This document shows, one piece after another, positions 1-9,190 of a stretch of 34,666 bases of DNA. The position numbers and the translations under genes were made by a program. This stretch comes from a virus (taxonomy: Duplodnaviria; Heunggongvirae; Uroviricota; Caudoviricetes): IMG/VR virus record IMGVR_UViG_3300045996_000470, positions 1 through 34,666 of that record; one strand, 5' to 3'. The stretch's first letter is position 1. The number at the start of each line of letters is the position of its first letter. The notes under the pieces were generated by a model, which had not been told where the DNA came from, ran no database searches, and worked only from the letters and a program-made list of their open reading frames with translations.

Positions 1-1
1 A

Positions 2-106
2 TTCATCCGAGAAAACTGTGTCTTAAATCCGGTAGAAATGGCTTATAAGTGCAAAGAATGCGGAAAAGAACATGACCTAGAGGTCGAAGTAAATAAGGGA
101 GACTAA
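2..106 (+). CDS. 3' end of a hypothetical protein truncated by the window edge (CxxC motif)
   Basis: Open frame from base 2 (FIRENCVLNPVEMAYKCKECGKEHDLEVEVNKGD*) ending TAA just before the next ORF. Confidence 0.4.
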   Translation, partial: FIRENCVLNPVEMAYKCKECGKEHDLEVEVNKGD

Positions 107-108
107 TT

Positions 109-360
109 ATGGATAAGGTTAAACTAATGTTTGATGGAAAACTAGTTGATTGTCATGCCGAAGAAGACCGGTTCGGAAGAGATTATCTTTTTGTGACTGA
201 CGACGGGAGCGGACGTTTTGCTAAGTTTAGTAAGGAAGAAAATTTACAGGAAGCTATCGACAAACACAACGAAGTAAACGGTGAAGAAGTAGAAATTATA
301 CCGGATGTCGAGTATGGGGAAGTCACAACTTTCGATGCAGAAGGAAACGAAGTAAAATAA
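109..360 (+). CDS. Hypothetical acidic protein, 83 aa
   Basis: ORF track; GGGAG upstream; no recognisable motif. Confidence 0.7.
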   Translation: MDKVKLMFDGKLVDCHAEEDRFGRDYLFVTDDGSGRFAKFSKEENLQEAIDKHNEVNGEEVEIIPDVEYGEVTTFDAEGNEVK

Positions 361-385
361 AATTAACAACACAAAGGAGCAGATT

Positions 386-808
386 GTGGAATTAGAAGAC
401 ATATATAGCTATACGGCTATTTTTGAGGACGGCACGGCTATCGTGCGAGACTGTAATGACCCAATTGGGGATAAATGTTTAAGTGACCCAAACGGAGCAA
501 ACAGATTTACTGATGTTCTAAACAAGGAAAAAGAATCTAAACTCATAAGTTTCGTGGTTCATAACGAACATTTTAAATGGGGAGTGGATTTAGTAGAAGG
601 AAGTTTTTCAGTGAATGGAACTAGGTTCTATCAGCATCGTCCTGATTTGGACGGATATAAAGACTTTAGAATAGTCTGGTATAGGACAGTCCGAAGACAC
701 CTTGACCAAGTAACCGGAAAAGAGATAAGAGCGGAAATTATTGGGTATGGGTTGGGGTGGCAAACAACTCACAACGGAGAGAACATTAAAAAAATACTGT
801 TCTTTTAA
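386..808 (+). CDS. Hypothetical phage protein, 140 aa (GTG start)
   Basis: ORF track; AAAGGAG SD upstream. Confidence 0.75.
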   Translation: MELEDIYSYTAIFEDGTAIVRDCNDPIGDKCLSDPNGANRFTDVLNKEKESKLISFVVHNEHFKWGVDLVEGSFSVNGTRFYQHRPDLDGYKDFRIVWYRTVRRHLDQVTGKEIRAEIIGYGLGWQTTHNGENIKKILFF

Positions 809-875
809 GAGATTTAATATGTGCAATACAATGCGCTGGAAAAAAATGTAATACAATACAATAAACATTTCTAGA

Positions 876-909
876 AGTCTAGCTATTTTATTGTAGCTAG
901 GCTTTTTGT
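876..909 (+). terminator. Intrinsic terminator
   Basis: AGTCTAGCTA-ttttattg-TAGCTAGGCT stem followed by a T-tract. Confidence 0.7.
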
Positions 910-924
910 ATTTTAGGAGAGTTT

Positions 925-1326
925 ATGGAAACCACTAGAGGATTAATTACCTTTCAACACAGGGAAATAATTGATTTACTGAGTCAAATTGTTTCTAAGG
1001 ATGTACCTTTGCAAAATCAAATCATACAAAAGATTAATGACCATTTGGCTTTAGTGGATGTTCATTTTTATCCTTACTTTGATGTAAAAGCTGAATGTAT
1101 TTCTACTTCCACTTATATTCAAGATACTAATGCCTTTTTAATAACCTTAATGGATGGATGGAACTCTAAAACAGGAAGCCAGTGGGTAGCTAGGGCAGAA
1201 GAAATTAGAACTGCATTTGCAGCCCATACTAATGATGAAGAAATTGCTTTGTTCAATCATTTAGAAAGTACATTCAGCGAAGAAGAAAGAGAAATTATCA
1301 GAACTGCTATAACAGGAGAAATTTAA
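925..1326 (+). CDS. Hypothetical protein, 133 aa
   Basis: ORF track; AGGAG SD. Confidence 0.75.
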   Translation: METTRGLITFQHREIIDLLSQIVSKDVPLQNQIIQKINDHLALVDVHFYPYFDVKAECISTSTYIQDTNAFLITLMDGWNSKTGSQWVARAEEIRTAFAAHTNDEEIALFNHLESTFSEEEREIIRTAITGEI

Positions 1327-1327
1327 T

Positions 1328-2305
1328 ATGCCATTTACAATTCCAGATAAGGGAGAAGGTTTAAGTGATATACAAAGTATTCTATTTCAAGAATATTTAG
1401 ATATTTTGGTGGAGGGGTTAAATGGCGCTAATTGCGTACTTAGTGGGGGAGCAGTAACTGCGCAGGGTAGCCCTGATATGACTGTAGCTGTAGCCAAGTC
1501 TGGAGTTATGACAAATGGAGTCCTAACTGCGGTTACTGCAGGAAATGGAACTATTACTACAGCAGATGGCACTAATCCTAGAATAGATTTGGTTGTCATT
1601 ACGTCCGGTGGAGCTATTGCCGTAAGGGCAGGGACTCCTGCCGCTGCACCTAAACCTCCCACAAGAACTGCAAATGATGTAGCACTTGCTGCCGTGTATG
1701 TTCCTGCCAGTGATACGGCAATCCAGTCTAATCAAATTGTGGATTTACGGGTTGTCCGTGGAGGAGGAGTAGCTGGCGGTGGAGGGGCGCCTTTTACACT
1801 TAAAAAATATACAACTGCGACCGTATTTAATAACACTGCTGTCGAGCAGACATACTTCACGGTCACACTTCCAAGCGGTTTGTTCCTTGCTGGACAAACA
1901 ATGAGAGTTCGTTGTGGTGGAACTATGCTTATTAACTCAGGCACCCCGACTATTCGTTTGGTTATAACTTACGGAGGTACTACTATGTTCTCTGATATTT
2001 CTGGTACTTGGACAGGAGATACTGATAGAAACTCTTGGGACTTAGATTTAACTTTGTCTGCACAAGCCAACAACGACCAAAGTTTAAATGGATTTGCTGC
2101 TATGGGTATTATTGCAGCTAAAACTGCTGCAACTACAGGAATTGGTGATGCTTGGAGCACTGCGGCAAACGTTAACTCTATAAATGGTTCTGCGGCTGTT
2201 GATTCTGATGCTGGAAATAGAGTCTTTGACATTAGATTTACGATGAACGTGGCTAATGCTTCGAATGAAATCACAATGGAGTACGGGTACTGTGAATTGA
2301 TTTAA
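1328..2305 (+). CDS. Putative virion structural / minor tail protein, 325 aa
   Basis: Ala/Gly/Thr-rich; the segment PDMTVAV...NPRIDLVV...PAAAPKPP...VALAAVYVPA resembles phage minor tail N-termini; sits in a structural module. Confidence 0.6.
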   Translation: MPFTIPDKGEGLSDIQSILFQEYLDILVEGLNGANCVLSGGAVTAQGSPDMTVAVAKSGVMTNGVLTAVTAGNGTITTADGTNPRIDLVVITSGGAIAVRAGTPAAAPKPPTRTANDVALAAVYVPASDTAIQSNQIVDLRVVRGGGVAGGGGAPFTLKKYTTATVFNNTAVEQTYFTVTLPSGLFLAGQTMRVRCGGTMLINSGTPTIRLVITYGGTTMFSDISGTWTGDTDRNSWDLDLTLSAQANNDQSLNGFAAMGIIAAKTAATTGIGDAWSTAANVNSINGSAAVDSDAGNRVFDIRFTMNVANASNEITMEYGYCELI

Positions 2306-2316
2306 GGAACCAATAA

Positions 2317-3219
2317 ATGCCGACACTGATTATAGGAGACCAGTACATAGGAGAGGGAGAAGTAGGAGGTGCTCTTAGTTCGTCGGTCACTACTACGCAA
2401 ACGCAGACCGGTAAAGCCCGTGTCCAGAGAACTGAACCTAAAGACCAGACCGGTAAAGCCCGTGTCCAGAGAACTGAATCTGGAATCCAAACAGGAATAG
2501 CTCGCCTTCAAAAGTCAGTAACCCAAGCCCAAACAGGATTAGCTAGATTACAGAGAGTGGAATCTCGAACCCAAACTGGTATTTCTAGAATACAGCAAGC
2601 CGTTGAAAGAACCCAATCCGGTGTTTCTAGGGTACAGCAAACTGCACCTCAGACTCAACTGGGTATTGCTCGTATAACAGTTTTTTCTGCTAGTACTCAG
2701 ACGGGTACAGCTAGGGTTCAAAATACCTTCACACAAACTCAACAAGGTGTGGCTAGGGTTCAAAATACCTTCACACAAACTCAACAAGGTACAGCTAGAA
2801 TTGTATCTTCTTATACCAGAGATACTCTCACCTCTTTGCCTACTACTAATACTCTTCTTGCTGTCAGTTATAGCCCACAAGATGTTACAGACGTATCTAC
2901 GAGTGACGATGTGAGAGTAGGGCAAACCGGAATTGTAGGAACGGATTTTGTTATTCACCAGTTCAAGAGAAGCGGACTTAACAATACTTCCACTATTTCT
3001 GTAAGTATTGAATTGCAATCAGATTTGGCGCCGTCCATTAGTCCTGTTTATTTACAGATTTATAACGTAGATTCCGGAATTTGGGAAACTATCGACTCCG
3101 ACAGTACAACCGCAGCTAGTACTGATTTTATTTTATCCGCCACAGTGTCCTCTAATAAAGAGGATTACTATGAGCCAGACTTTACTATTACTTGTAGGGT
3201 TTATCAGGAGGGAGTCTAA
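2317..3219 (+). CDS. Virion-associated repeat protein, 300 aa (about 11 QTGxARI repeats plus a beta-rich C-terminal domain)
   Basis: Translation shows tandem 13-aa repeats; stop overlaps the next start (TAATG). Confidence 0.7.
   Translation: MPTLIIGDQYIGEGEVGGALSSSVTTTQTQTGKARVQRTEPKDQTGKARVQRTESGIQTGIARLQKSVTQAQTGLARLQRVESRTQTGISRIQQAVERTQSGVSRVQQTAPQTQLGIARITVFSASTQTGTARVQNTFTQTQQGVARVQNTFTQTQQGTARIVSSYTRDTLTSLPTTNTLLAVSYSPQDVTDVSTSDDVRVGQTGIVGTDFVIHQFKRSGLNNTSTISVSIELQSDLAPSISPVYLQIYNVDSGIWETIDSDSTTAASTDFILSATVSSNKEDYYEPDFTITCRVYQEGV
2386..2808 (+). repeat. 39-bp (13-aa) tandem coding repeats, about 11 copies
   Basis: For example GCTAGGGTTCAAAATACCTTCACACAAACTCAACAAGGT occurs twice in tandem; boundaries approximate. 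Confidence 0.85.
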
Positions 3220-6200
3220 TGGGTAGTCAGTTATTTACAACCCTAGGCTTACAAACGTGGGACTGGCCTGCGGGTGTAACTCAAGTTACCGCCGAGTGTC
3301 TTGGCGCTGGCGGTGGTGCGGGTTCTGCCACAGGCAATCCGGCAACTGGCGGCGGCGGCAGGGGCGGGGGTTATGGAAAGGCTGTAATCACAAAAGGTGC
3401 TGAATCGTCCTTAAGTCTTTTTGTAGGAGCTGGTGGTGCGGGTGGAGTTGACGCAACATCTGCCGGTAACGGGGAGGAATCTAGTGTTTTCCAGTCTGGT
3501 AATATGCGTTGCCAAGGTGCAGGCGGTGGTTTTGGTAATTCAGGCACTACTAATAATTCTAACGGGGCGGGTGGTACTACGAGTCCCACCATAAATTTTG
3601 GTAGTACAACATTTGTTGGCGGTAATGGTGGGACTGGTACTTTTGATACAATATCAGGTGCTGGCGGTGGCTCGGCTGGTCCAACTTCTGCCGGCGGTAA
3701 TGCAACTAGCGGTACTGCTGGTACTGCTGGTACTGGTAATTTTTTAGATGGTGTTAATTATTCTAGTGCGGGTGCGGCTGGTATAGCGGCATCAAATCCC
3801 GGCATTAACGCACCTTCCTCTGGGACAGATTACGGTGGAGGCGGGGGCGGTGGTCACGCCTCTACAAACCCCAATCAGGAGGGTGGTGCTGGTCGTCAGG
3901 GTCTAATTCTTCTTACTTGGACTGACCCTGCACCATTTGAAGGTGACCAAGACGCCTTTCGTTTCTATGAAGATGGAACTGAATCAGGTTCTACAGCTAT
4001 TGCAGCACAAGGGACAGACATTGCTGTTGATACATCGGGTGGAAATGTCAATACTCTTTTACGCGTCAGAGTTCAAGAAACTGGAGATGGTGCGGGAGGT
4101 CTATCCACCGATGACTACGTTTTACGATTCTCTCACAATGGTGGAGCATACAATGCCATAGGTTCTGGTGCTGTAGTAGGTTTTAGTTCTACTAATTTAA
4201 CAGATAACGGCTCTACTACTAACAGGCTTACTGGTGGTACTGGTTCGTTTGTTGCGGGTACGGTGTCTGAGGACGGCACCGTGGATAATCACAGTATTAC
4301 GCCCTCTAATTTTACCGAATATCTTTTTGCTATTACAATTGTAGCCGCCTCTGTATCACCTTCAGATACATTAGATTTTCGTATTTACAGAAATGGTTCT
4401 ACTCTTGATGTTTATACAGATACCCCAAGAATTACAATTGAGGCTGGAGATACGACCACTCCTCAGACTATAACAGGTACAGCTAGAGTCCAAAGAACAG
4501 AGCCTAAAACTCAAATGGGTGTGGCTCGTGTTCAAAGGACAGAGCCTAAAGACCAGACTGGTACAGCTAGGATATCATTAGCTGTGGCGCAAACTCAGAC
4601 TGGTATAGCTAGAATTACAGCCACAACCCCTGCTACTCAAGCAGGTATTTCTAGAATTACTGCCTCAACGACTAGAACTCAGACCGGTATATCTAGAGTC
4701 CAGAAAACTGTTGGACTACAGCCCAGTATTACAGTTTCAGATACAAGTGTCAACGGTGTTTATACTTATCGTGGAGTTCACGATGGAGCACCTTATTATA
4801 ATTTAGAAGGAAGCGCCTCAGACCCCAACACTTCGGCAATAAGATTTAGTGATTTAAATGGTTATTGGGAACTTATAGTTATATCTGACCCCGAATTTAT
4901 TGAGGCAACAGGTACGCCCACTACAAGTCTTGGTTTACCTAGTTACCCTATTGACCCCGATATAACTTGGAATGATGCAACTTTAACTTGGACATCCTCT
5001 TTTCCTCCTAGTTTTCAGCAAGGTAAAGCCTCTATTAGAACTACTACCACCAAAACTCAAACTGGTAGGGCTAGAATTCGTGTAACTACAACTAGAACTC
5101 AACTGGGTAAGGCTGCGATTCAAAAGAGTGTATCTCAAACGCAAACTGGTGTTGCAAGTATAGTTGTTACTGCAACACAGACGCAAACAGGTGTATCTAG
5201 AATTCAACAAAGCGCAGTTCAAACCCAGTCTGGTAAGGCATTTGTCCTTAATTCCACTACACAGAATCAAACAGGTAAAGCTGCTATTCGTAAGACGGTG
5301 GAGCAGGCACAAGCTGGTGTCTCTAGAATACAGTTAGCTGTTCAGAGAACCCAAACGGGTATCTCTAGAATCCAGTTAGCCGTTGAAAGAACGCAGACGG
5401 GTATTTCTAGAATCCAGAGGACTGAATCTAGGACGCAAACTGGTGTCTCTAGAATTCAACAAACTGCGGTAAAGACTCAAACTGGTGTTGCGAGAATACA
5501 GAAAATCGAACCCAAGATTCAAGCAGGTATATCTAGAATTACAGCGGCTACCAACAGAACGCAGGAGGGAGTTTCTAGAATTACGACCACTACAGGCGTA
5601 ACTCAGACAGGAACTTCAAGAGTTACAGCTTCTGCCCAGAGAACGCAAGCAGGTAAGGCTGCAATTCAAAATACTACTTCTCAAACCCAGTCAGGTAAGG
5701 CCAATATAGTTGAGGTTCAAGACTTTACACTTTCGGTAGACCGAGTATTTATTGACTTTACTGAAAATGTAACTAGTACTCAAACGCAGACGGGTAAAGC
5801 ATCTATTCGAAAAACTGCAACTCAGACTCAAACGGGTGTTGCGAGAATTCAGAAGACCGTAGCTCAAACCCAGCAGGGTGCGGCTAGGATACAACTTGCT
5901 GTCCAACAGACCCAAACCGGTAAGGCTGCGATTCAGAAGACCGTAGCTCAAACCCAATTAGGTGTTGCGAGAATTCAGAAGACCGTAGCTCAAACCCAAT
6001 TAGGTGTTGCGAGAATTCAGCTTGCTGTCCAACAGACTCAAGCGGGTATTTCTAGAATTCAAAATATATCTACACAGACCCAGTTAGGTGTTGCGAGAAT
6101 TACGGCTGTTGCAATTCGTACCCAAACTGGTGTGGCTAGAGTTCAACTTGCAACTCAGCAAAACCAGACTGGTAAGGCTGCAATCCAGAAAACTCAGACG

Positions 6201-7127
6201 CAAACACAACAAGGCGTTGCGTATGTTTCTAGCTCCATACAGCAAAACCAGAATGGTAAGGCTGCAATCCAGAAGGCTCAGCCACAAACCCAAACCGGTA
6301 AGGCTAGTATTGTAGTTACAGTAACACAAACCCAAACCGGTGTTGCTAGAATTCAGAAAACAGCAATCCAAACCCAAACTGGTGTGGCTAGAATTCAGCT
6401 TGCATCCCAACAATTACAACCGGGTGTTGCGAGAATTATGGCATCGACAGCACGCGCTCAAGCGGGCGTGGCACGTATTCAATTGGCTGCCCAGAGAACG
6501 CAAACTGGTGTGGCTAGAATTCAACTTGCCGTTCAGCAAACCCAAAATGGTGTTGGAAGAATCACAGCGGCTACGACCAGAACCCAAACTGGCGTCGCTA
6601 GGATAACTGTATCCACACAAATAACAAATACAGGTACAGCTAGAATCCAGAGTACTGTAGCCCGAACACAAACCGGCGTTGCCAACATTCGTGCAACCAC
6701 GAGTAGACCTCAAACAGGTACAGCCAGTGTTGTAAGTTCTACACAAAGAACACAGACCGGTGTTGCTAGAATTCAAACTACGTACACACAAGCTCAGACG
6801 GGTAAAGCATCTATTCGAAAAACTACCTCCCAGAGCATAGGTGGCGTAGCTCGAATTATAACGTTTACCGTTGTTATAAGAGATATTACCTTCTCTAACT
6901 TGACAGGAGAGGGTAAACTAGTGTCTAATCTAGTTGGAGACGCTGCATTAGAATCCTCTTTAAGTGGAGACGCTGCATTAGAGTCCTCGCTAACTACGGA
7001 AGCAAAACTAATTTCTGCACTTCCTTCTGAGGCAGGACTGGAAAGTGATTTAACTAAGGACGGAAAACTAATTTCCGAATTAATAAAGGACGGAAAAGGG
7101 ACTTCTAATATAACGAATAGTCCTTAA
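3219..7127 (+). CDS. Large virion appendage / fibre-like protein, 1302 aa (Gly-rich N-terminal domain, roughly 50 QTGxARI repeats, C-terminal 10-aa repeats)
   Basis: GAGGG...GGNGG-type Gly-rich phage domain followed by a long 13-aa periodic stalk; structural-module context. Confidence 0.7.
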   Translation: MGSQLFTTLGLQTWDWPAGVTQVTAECLGAGGGAGSATGNPATGGGGRGGGYGKAVITKGAESSLSLFVGAGGAGGVDATSAGNGEESSVFQSGNMRCQGAGGGFGNSGTTNNSNGAGGTTSPTINFGSTTFVGGNGGTGTFDTISGAGGGSAGPTSAGGNATSGTAGTAGTGNFLDGVNYSSAGAAGIAASNPGINAPSSGTDYGGGGGGGHASTNPNQEGGAGRQGLILLTWTDPAPFEGDQDAFRFYEDGTESGSTAIAAQGTDIAVDTSGGNVNTLLRVRVQETGDGAGGLSTDDYVLRFSHNGGAYNAIGSGAVVGFSSTNLTDNGSTTNRLTGGTGSFVAGTVSEDGTVDNHSITPSNFTEYLFAITIVAASVSPSDTLDFRIYRNGSTLDVYTDTPRITIEAGDTTTPQTITGTARVQRTEPKTQMGVARVQRTEPKDQTGTARISLAVAQTQTGIARITATTPATQAGISRITASTTRTQTGISRVQKTVGLQPSITVSDTSVNGVYTYRGVHDGAPYYNLEGSASDPNTSAIRFSDLNGYWELIVISDPEFIEATGTPTTSLGLPSYPIDPDITWNDATLTWTSSFPPSFQQGKASIRTTTTKTQTGRARIRVTTTRTQLGKAAIQKSVSQTQTGVASIVVTATQTQTGVSRIQQSAVQTQSGKAFVLNSTTQNQTGKAAIRKTVEQAQAGVSRIQLAVQRTQTGISRIQLAVERTQTGISRIQRTESRTQTGVSRIQQTAVKTQTGVARIQKIEPKIQAGISRITAATNRTQEGVSRITTTTGVTQTGTSRVTASAQRTQAGKAAIQNTTSQTQSGKANIVEVQDFTLSVDRVFIDFTENVTSTQTQTGKASIRKTATQTQTGVARIQKTVAQTQQGAARIQLAVQQTQTGKAAIQKTVAQTQLGVARIQKTVAQTQLGVARIQLAVQQTQAGISRIQNISTQTQLGVARITAVAIRTQTGVARVQLATQQNQTGKAAIQKTQTQTQQGVAYVSSSIQQNQNGKAAIQKAQPQTQTGKASIVVTVTQTQTGVARIQKTAIQTQTGVARIQLASQQLQPGVARIMASTARAQAGVARIQLAAQRTQTGVARIQLAVQQTQNGVGRITAATTRTQTGVARITVSTQITNTGTARIQSTVARTQTGVANIRATTSRPQTGTASVVSSTQRTQTGVARIQTTYTQAQTGKASIRKTTSQSIGGVARIITFTVVIRDITFSNLTGEGKLVSNLVGDAALESSLSGDAALESSLTTEAKLISALPSEAGLESDLTKDGKLISELIKDGKGTSNITNSP
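4460..6870 (+). repeat. 13-aa (39-bp) tandem coding repeats, consensus TQTQTG[VKI]ARI[QT]x
   Basis: Visible in protein and DNA; interrupted by an insert of about 100 aa (~4715-5010) and one of about 20 aa (~5715-5775); boundaries approximate. Confidence 0.85.
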
Positions 7128-7133
7128 TAAATT

Positions 7134-7481
7134 ATGGCAAATACATTTTACTTAAAGAAAGGGGATACTTATCCTAACATTGAAACTATTTTATCGGATT
7201 CTAGCGGTCCAGTTGATTTAACGGGCAGCACAGTAGACTTTATAATGAGTGTCGCTAATACCGGAAATTTAATGATTGATAAGCCTGCAAATATAGTCCT
7301 TCCACAAACGGGAGGGGATATAGGAAAAGTTTACGCAGAATTTGAAACAGGAGACACTGATGCCTTGGGTACATATAGAGTTGAATGGAGGGTAACTTTT
7401 TCTAACGGCAAGATTGCTACATTTCCTAGAGGACAGACTGACAATTTCAACGAGGTAATTATTCAAGAAATTGTAGATTAA
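7134..7481 (+). CDS. BppU N-terminal-like baseplate/adaptor domain protein, 115 aa
   Basis: FYLKKGDTYP..ETIL.D..GPVDLTGSTVDF...GTYRVEWRVTFSNGKIATFP pattern typical of BppU-like domains. Confidence 0.65.
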   Translation: MANTFYLKKGDTYPNIETILSDSSGPVDLTGSTVDFIMSVANTGNLMIDKPANIVLPQTGGDIGKVYAEFETGDTDALGTYRVEWRVTFSNGKIATFPRGQTDNFNEVIIQEIVD

Positions 7482-7487
7482 GGCCAG

Positions 7488-7516
7488 TTGACTTTTTTCA
7501 AGGTGTGTTATATAAT
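7488..7516 (+). promoter_or_regulatory. Sigma70-type promoter (leaderless transcript)
   Basis: TTGACT-N17-TATAAT; ATG 5 nt after the -10 box. Confidence 0.75.
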
Positions 7517-7521
7517 AGGAC

Positions 7522-7842
7522 ATGAAACCAAATTGGCATTATTTTGAAGCACACATTAATCTCGGGCAAATGTCTGAGGCGTTAGAGGAAAAGCTCCCTA
7601 GAGTCTTGGAGAATATAAACTTCAAGACTACGGACATTGTAGCTATGCCCTATGAGGGCTTGGAGCAAGAGGACTTTTACAAAATCATCACTACCAAGGA
7701 CGCCAACTTACGGGCATTGACTAGTAGAATTGAGAATTCTGTAAGCCTTTTGCGCTATTTAGGTTACGAAGTGCAAAGATATAAAATCGAAAGCACGGTT
7801 TACGACAGTAAATATGAGGACAAGTTAGACTTGTTAGTGTAA
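7522..7842 (+). CDS. Hypothetical protein, 106 aa
   Basis: ORF track; own promoter; coupled to the next ORF (TAATG). Confidence 0.7.
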   Translation: MKPNWHYFEAHINLGQMSEALEEKLPRVLENINFKTTDIVAMPYEGLEQEDFYKIITTKDANLRALTSRIENSVSLLRYLGYEVQRYKIESTVYDSKYEDKLDLLV

Positions 7843-8294
7843 TGATAAAAGGATTCAGAGGAAAAAACAGATGGCTATCAAACTTTGTCGAGGCAGAAGT
7901 GTCTTTTCAAGGGGAAAAATATGCTTCGGTGGAACATGCTTACGTAGCTGCAAAGACTCAAGATAAAGAGCTTAGAAAGATAATCCAGTCTTTTGCTACA
8001 GCAGGAGAAGCTAAGCGTTTCGGAAAGTCTCTAGACCTTAGACCTAATTGGGACAAGATGAAGCTATGTGTGATGGAAAATCTGGTCAAACAGAAATTTT
8101 CTCTCCCTGAATTTGCTGAAAAGCTTTTAGCGACAGGTGACCAAGAAATTGTTGAGGAGAACACTTGGCATGATAACTTCTTTGGTTCTTGCCTTTGCGA
8201 GGACTGCGGTAATAAGGGAGAAAACCATTTGGGTAAAATCCTAATGAAGGTAAGGGAAGGCTTAAATCAGCTTTCCCTTGACTTTTCTAAATAA
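7842..8294 (+). CDS. NADAR (YbiA-like) family protein
   Basis: WLSNF...YASVEHAY.AAK...AK.FG...LRPNWD..KL.VM...KF...LLATG...IVE.N.WHDNFFG...GENHLGKILMKVRE motifs. Confidence 0.9.
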   Translation: MIKGFRGKNRWLSNFVEAEVSFQGEKYASVEHAYVAAKTQDKELRKIIQSFATAGEAKRFGKSLDLRPNWDKMKLCVMENLVKQKFSLPEFAEKLLATGDQEIVEENTWHDNFFGSCLCEDCGNKGENHLGKILMKVREGLNQLSLDFSK

Positions 8295-8306
8295 TCGAGT
8301 TATAAT
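8278..8306 (+). promoter_or_regulatory. Sigma70-type promoter for the first tRNA/accessory cluster
   Basis: TTGACT-N17-TATAAT, 12 nt upstream of tRNA-Gly. Confidence 0.75.
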
Positions 8307-8318
8307 ATAGCTTTACGT

Positions 8319-8393
8319 GTGGGTGTAGCATAGAAGTAAATGCAGAACATTGCCAATGTTCGGAAGGGAGAGCGTTACTCCTCACTCACTCCA
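8319..8393 (+). tRNA. tRNA-Gly(GCC) with non-canonical T-loop AGCGTTA
   Basis: Acceptor GTGGGTG/CACTCAC, U73, CCA; anticodon arm GAACA-TTGCCAA-TGTTC. Confidence 0.85.
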
Positions 8394-8401
8394 TTTTATT
8401 T

Positions 8402-8779
8402 ATGAGTGACTTCGAAGCCCTATTAAATGCCGAGATAGTAGAAGCGGGTAGAGTTCCTGATATACGGGTAGTCTCTAGGGCAAGAAGAATTGGTGAAATC
8501 CTTGAAGAGCATTATCCTGACAGGAACACTATGACTCCTTCTGTGTCTCCAAGTGATGATATCATTATCTTTACGGGAGAAATCACAGACGATAGTGGGT
8601 TTAAATTAACTGTTCTCATTAAAGAGGACGACCAGAAAGTGGAAGAGCAATTGATTGTCTGGCACAGCGCAGACAATGTTTTTATAAACATTAAGGGAAC
8701 TCTAGCCGTCAAAGATTTAGAATATGCCCTGAATAGGGATAAAGAATATGCCTATTTGGACGAGCCTATTGAAGATTAG
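8402..8779 (+). CDS. Hypothetical protein, 125 aa (TAG stop)
   Basis: ORF track; ATG 8 nt after the tRNA CCA. Confidence 0.7.
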   Translation: MSDFEALLNAEIVEAGRVPDIRVVSRARRIGEILEEHYPDRNTMTPSVSPSDDIIIFTGEITDDSGFKLTVLIKEDDQKVEEQLIVWHSADNVFINIKGTLAVKDLEYALNRDKEYAYLDEPIED

Positions 8780-8788
8780 GAGATAGCT

Positions 8789-9094
8789 ATGAAGAAACTA
8801 TTAATCACAGCAGTAATGGCAGTCGGCTTCTTTTTTGCAGCACAGACCGCTAATGCTCAGGACTATAGATATGAGAGAGAATGTAGATGGCAAAGAAATT
8901 ACTATGGAAGATTAGTTTATGTTTGCCAGAACAGAAGGGTTTATAGGAATTACGGCGATTACAGAAGTCGTCAGGTAAGAAGGGATTATAACAGAGGGCA
9001 TAGATGCTTCGGGCGTTACAATGACCGCAGATGTTATAGACCGGAGCGTAGAAACGGACTGAGAATTTATATTCCTCTCCATATAAGATTTTAA
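8789..9094 (+). CDS. Secreted Arg/Tyr-rich small protein, 101 aa
   Basis: Signal peptide MKKLLITAVMAVGFFFAAQTANA|Q; AGGAG SD. Confidence 0.75.
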   Translation: MKKLLITAVMAVGFFFAAQTANAQDYRYERECRWQRNYYGRLVYVCQNRRVYRNYGDYRSRQVRRDYNRGHRCFGRYNDRRCYRPERRNGLRIYIPLHIRF

Positions 9095-9099
9095 TTTAA

Positions 9100-9188
9100 G
9101 CAGGTGCGGACATTGGAAGAGTCAGCTAGTCTTCGAAACTAGTACCGTACATAGATACGTGGGGGTTCGAATCCCTCCACCTGCACCA
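9100..9188 (+). tRNA. tRNA-Arg(TCG) with long variable arm
   Basis: GCAGGTG/CACCTGC, A73, CCA; CTAGT-CTTCGAA-ACTAG; V-arm CGTA-catag a-TACG; canonical TTCGAAT T-loop. Confidence 0.8.
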
Positions 9189-9190
9189 GT

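Noticed and set aside
819-909. Mini-ORF MCNTMRWKKM* before a terminator as a third attenuator
   Set aside because: No upstream promoter or SD found, antiterminator only about 4 bp, and no matching tRNAs downstream
2386-6870. Repeats as a CRISPR array or DGR template/variable repeat
   Set aside because: Repeats are in-frame coding units without unique spacers; no adenine-specific mismatch pair and no reverse transcriptase in the window
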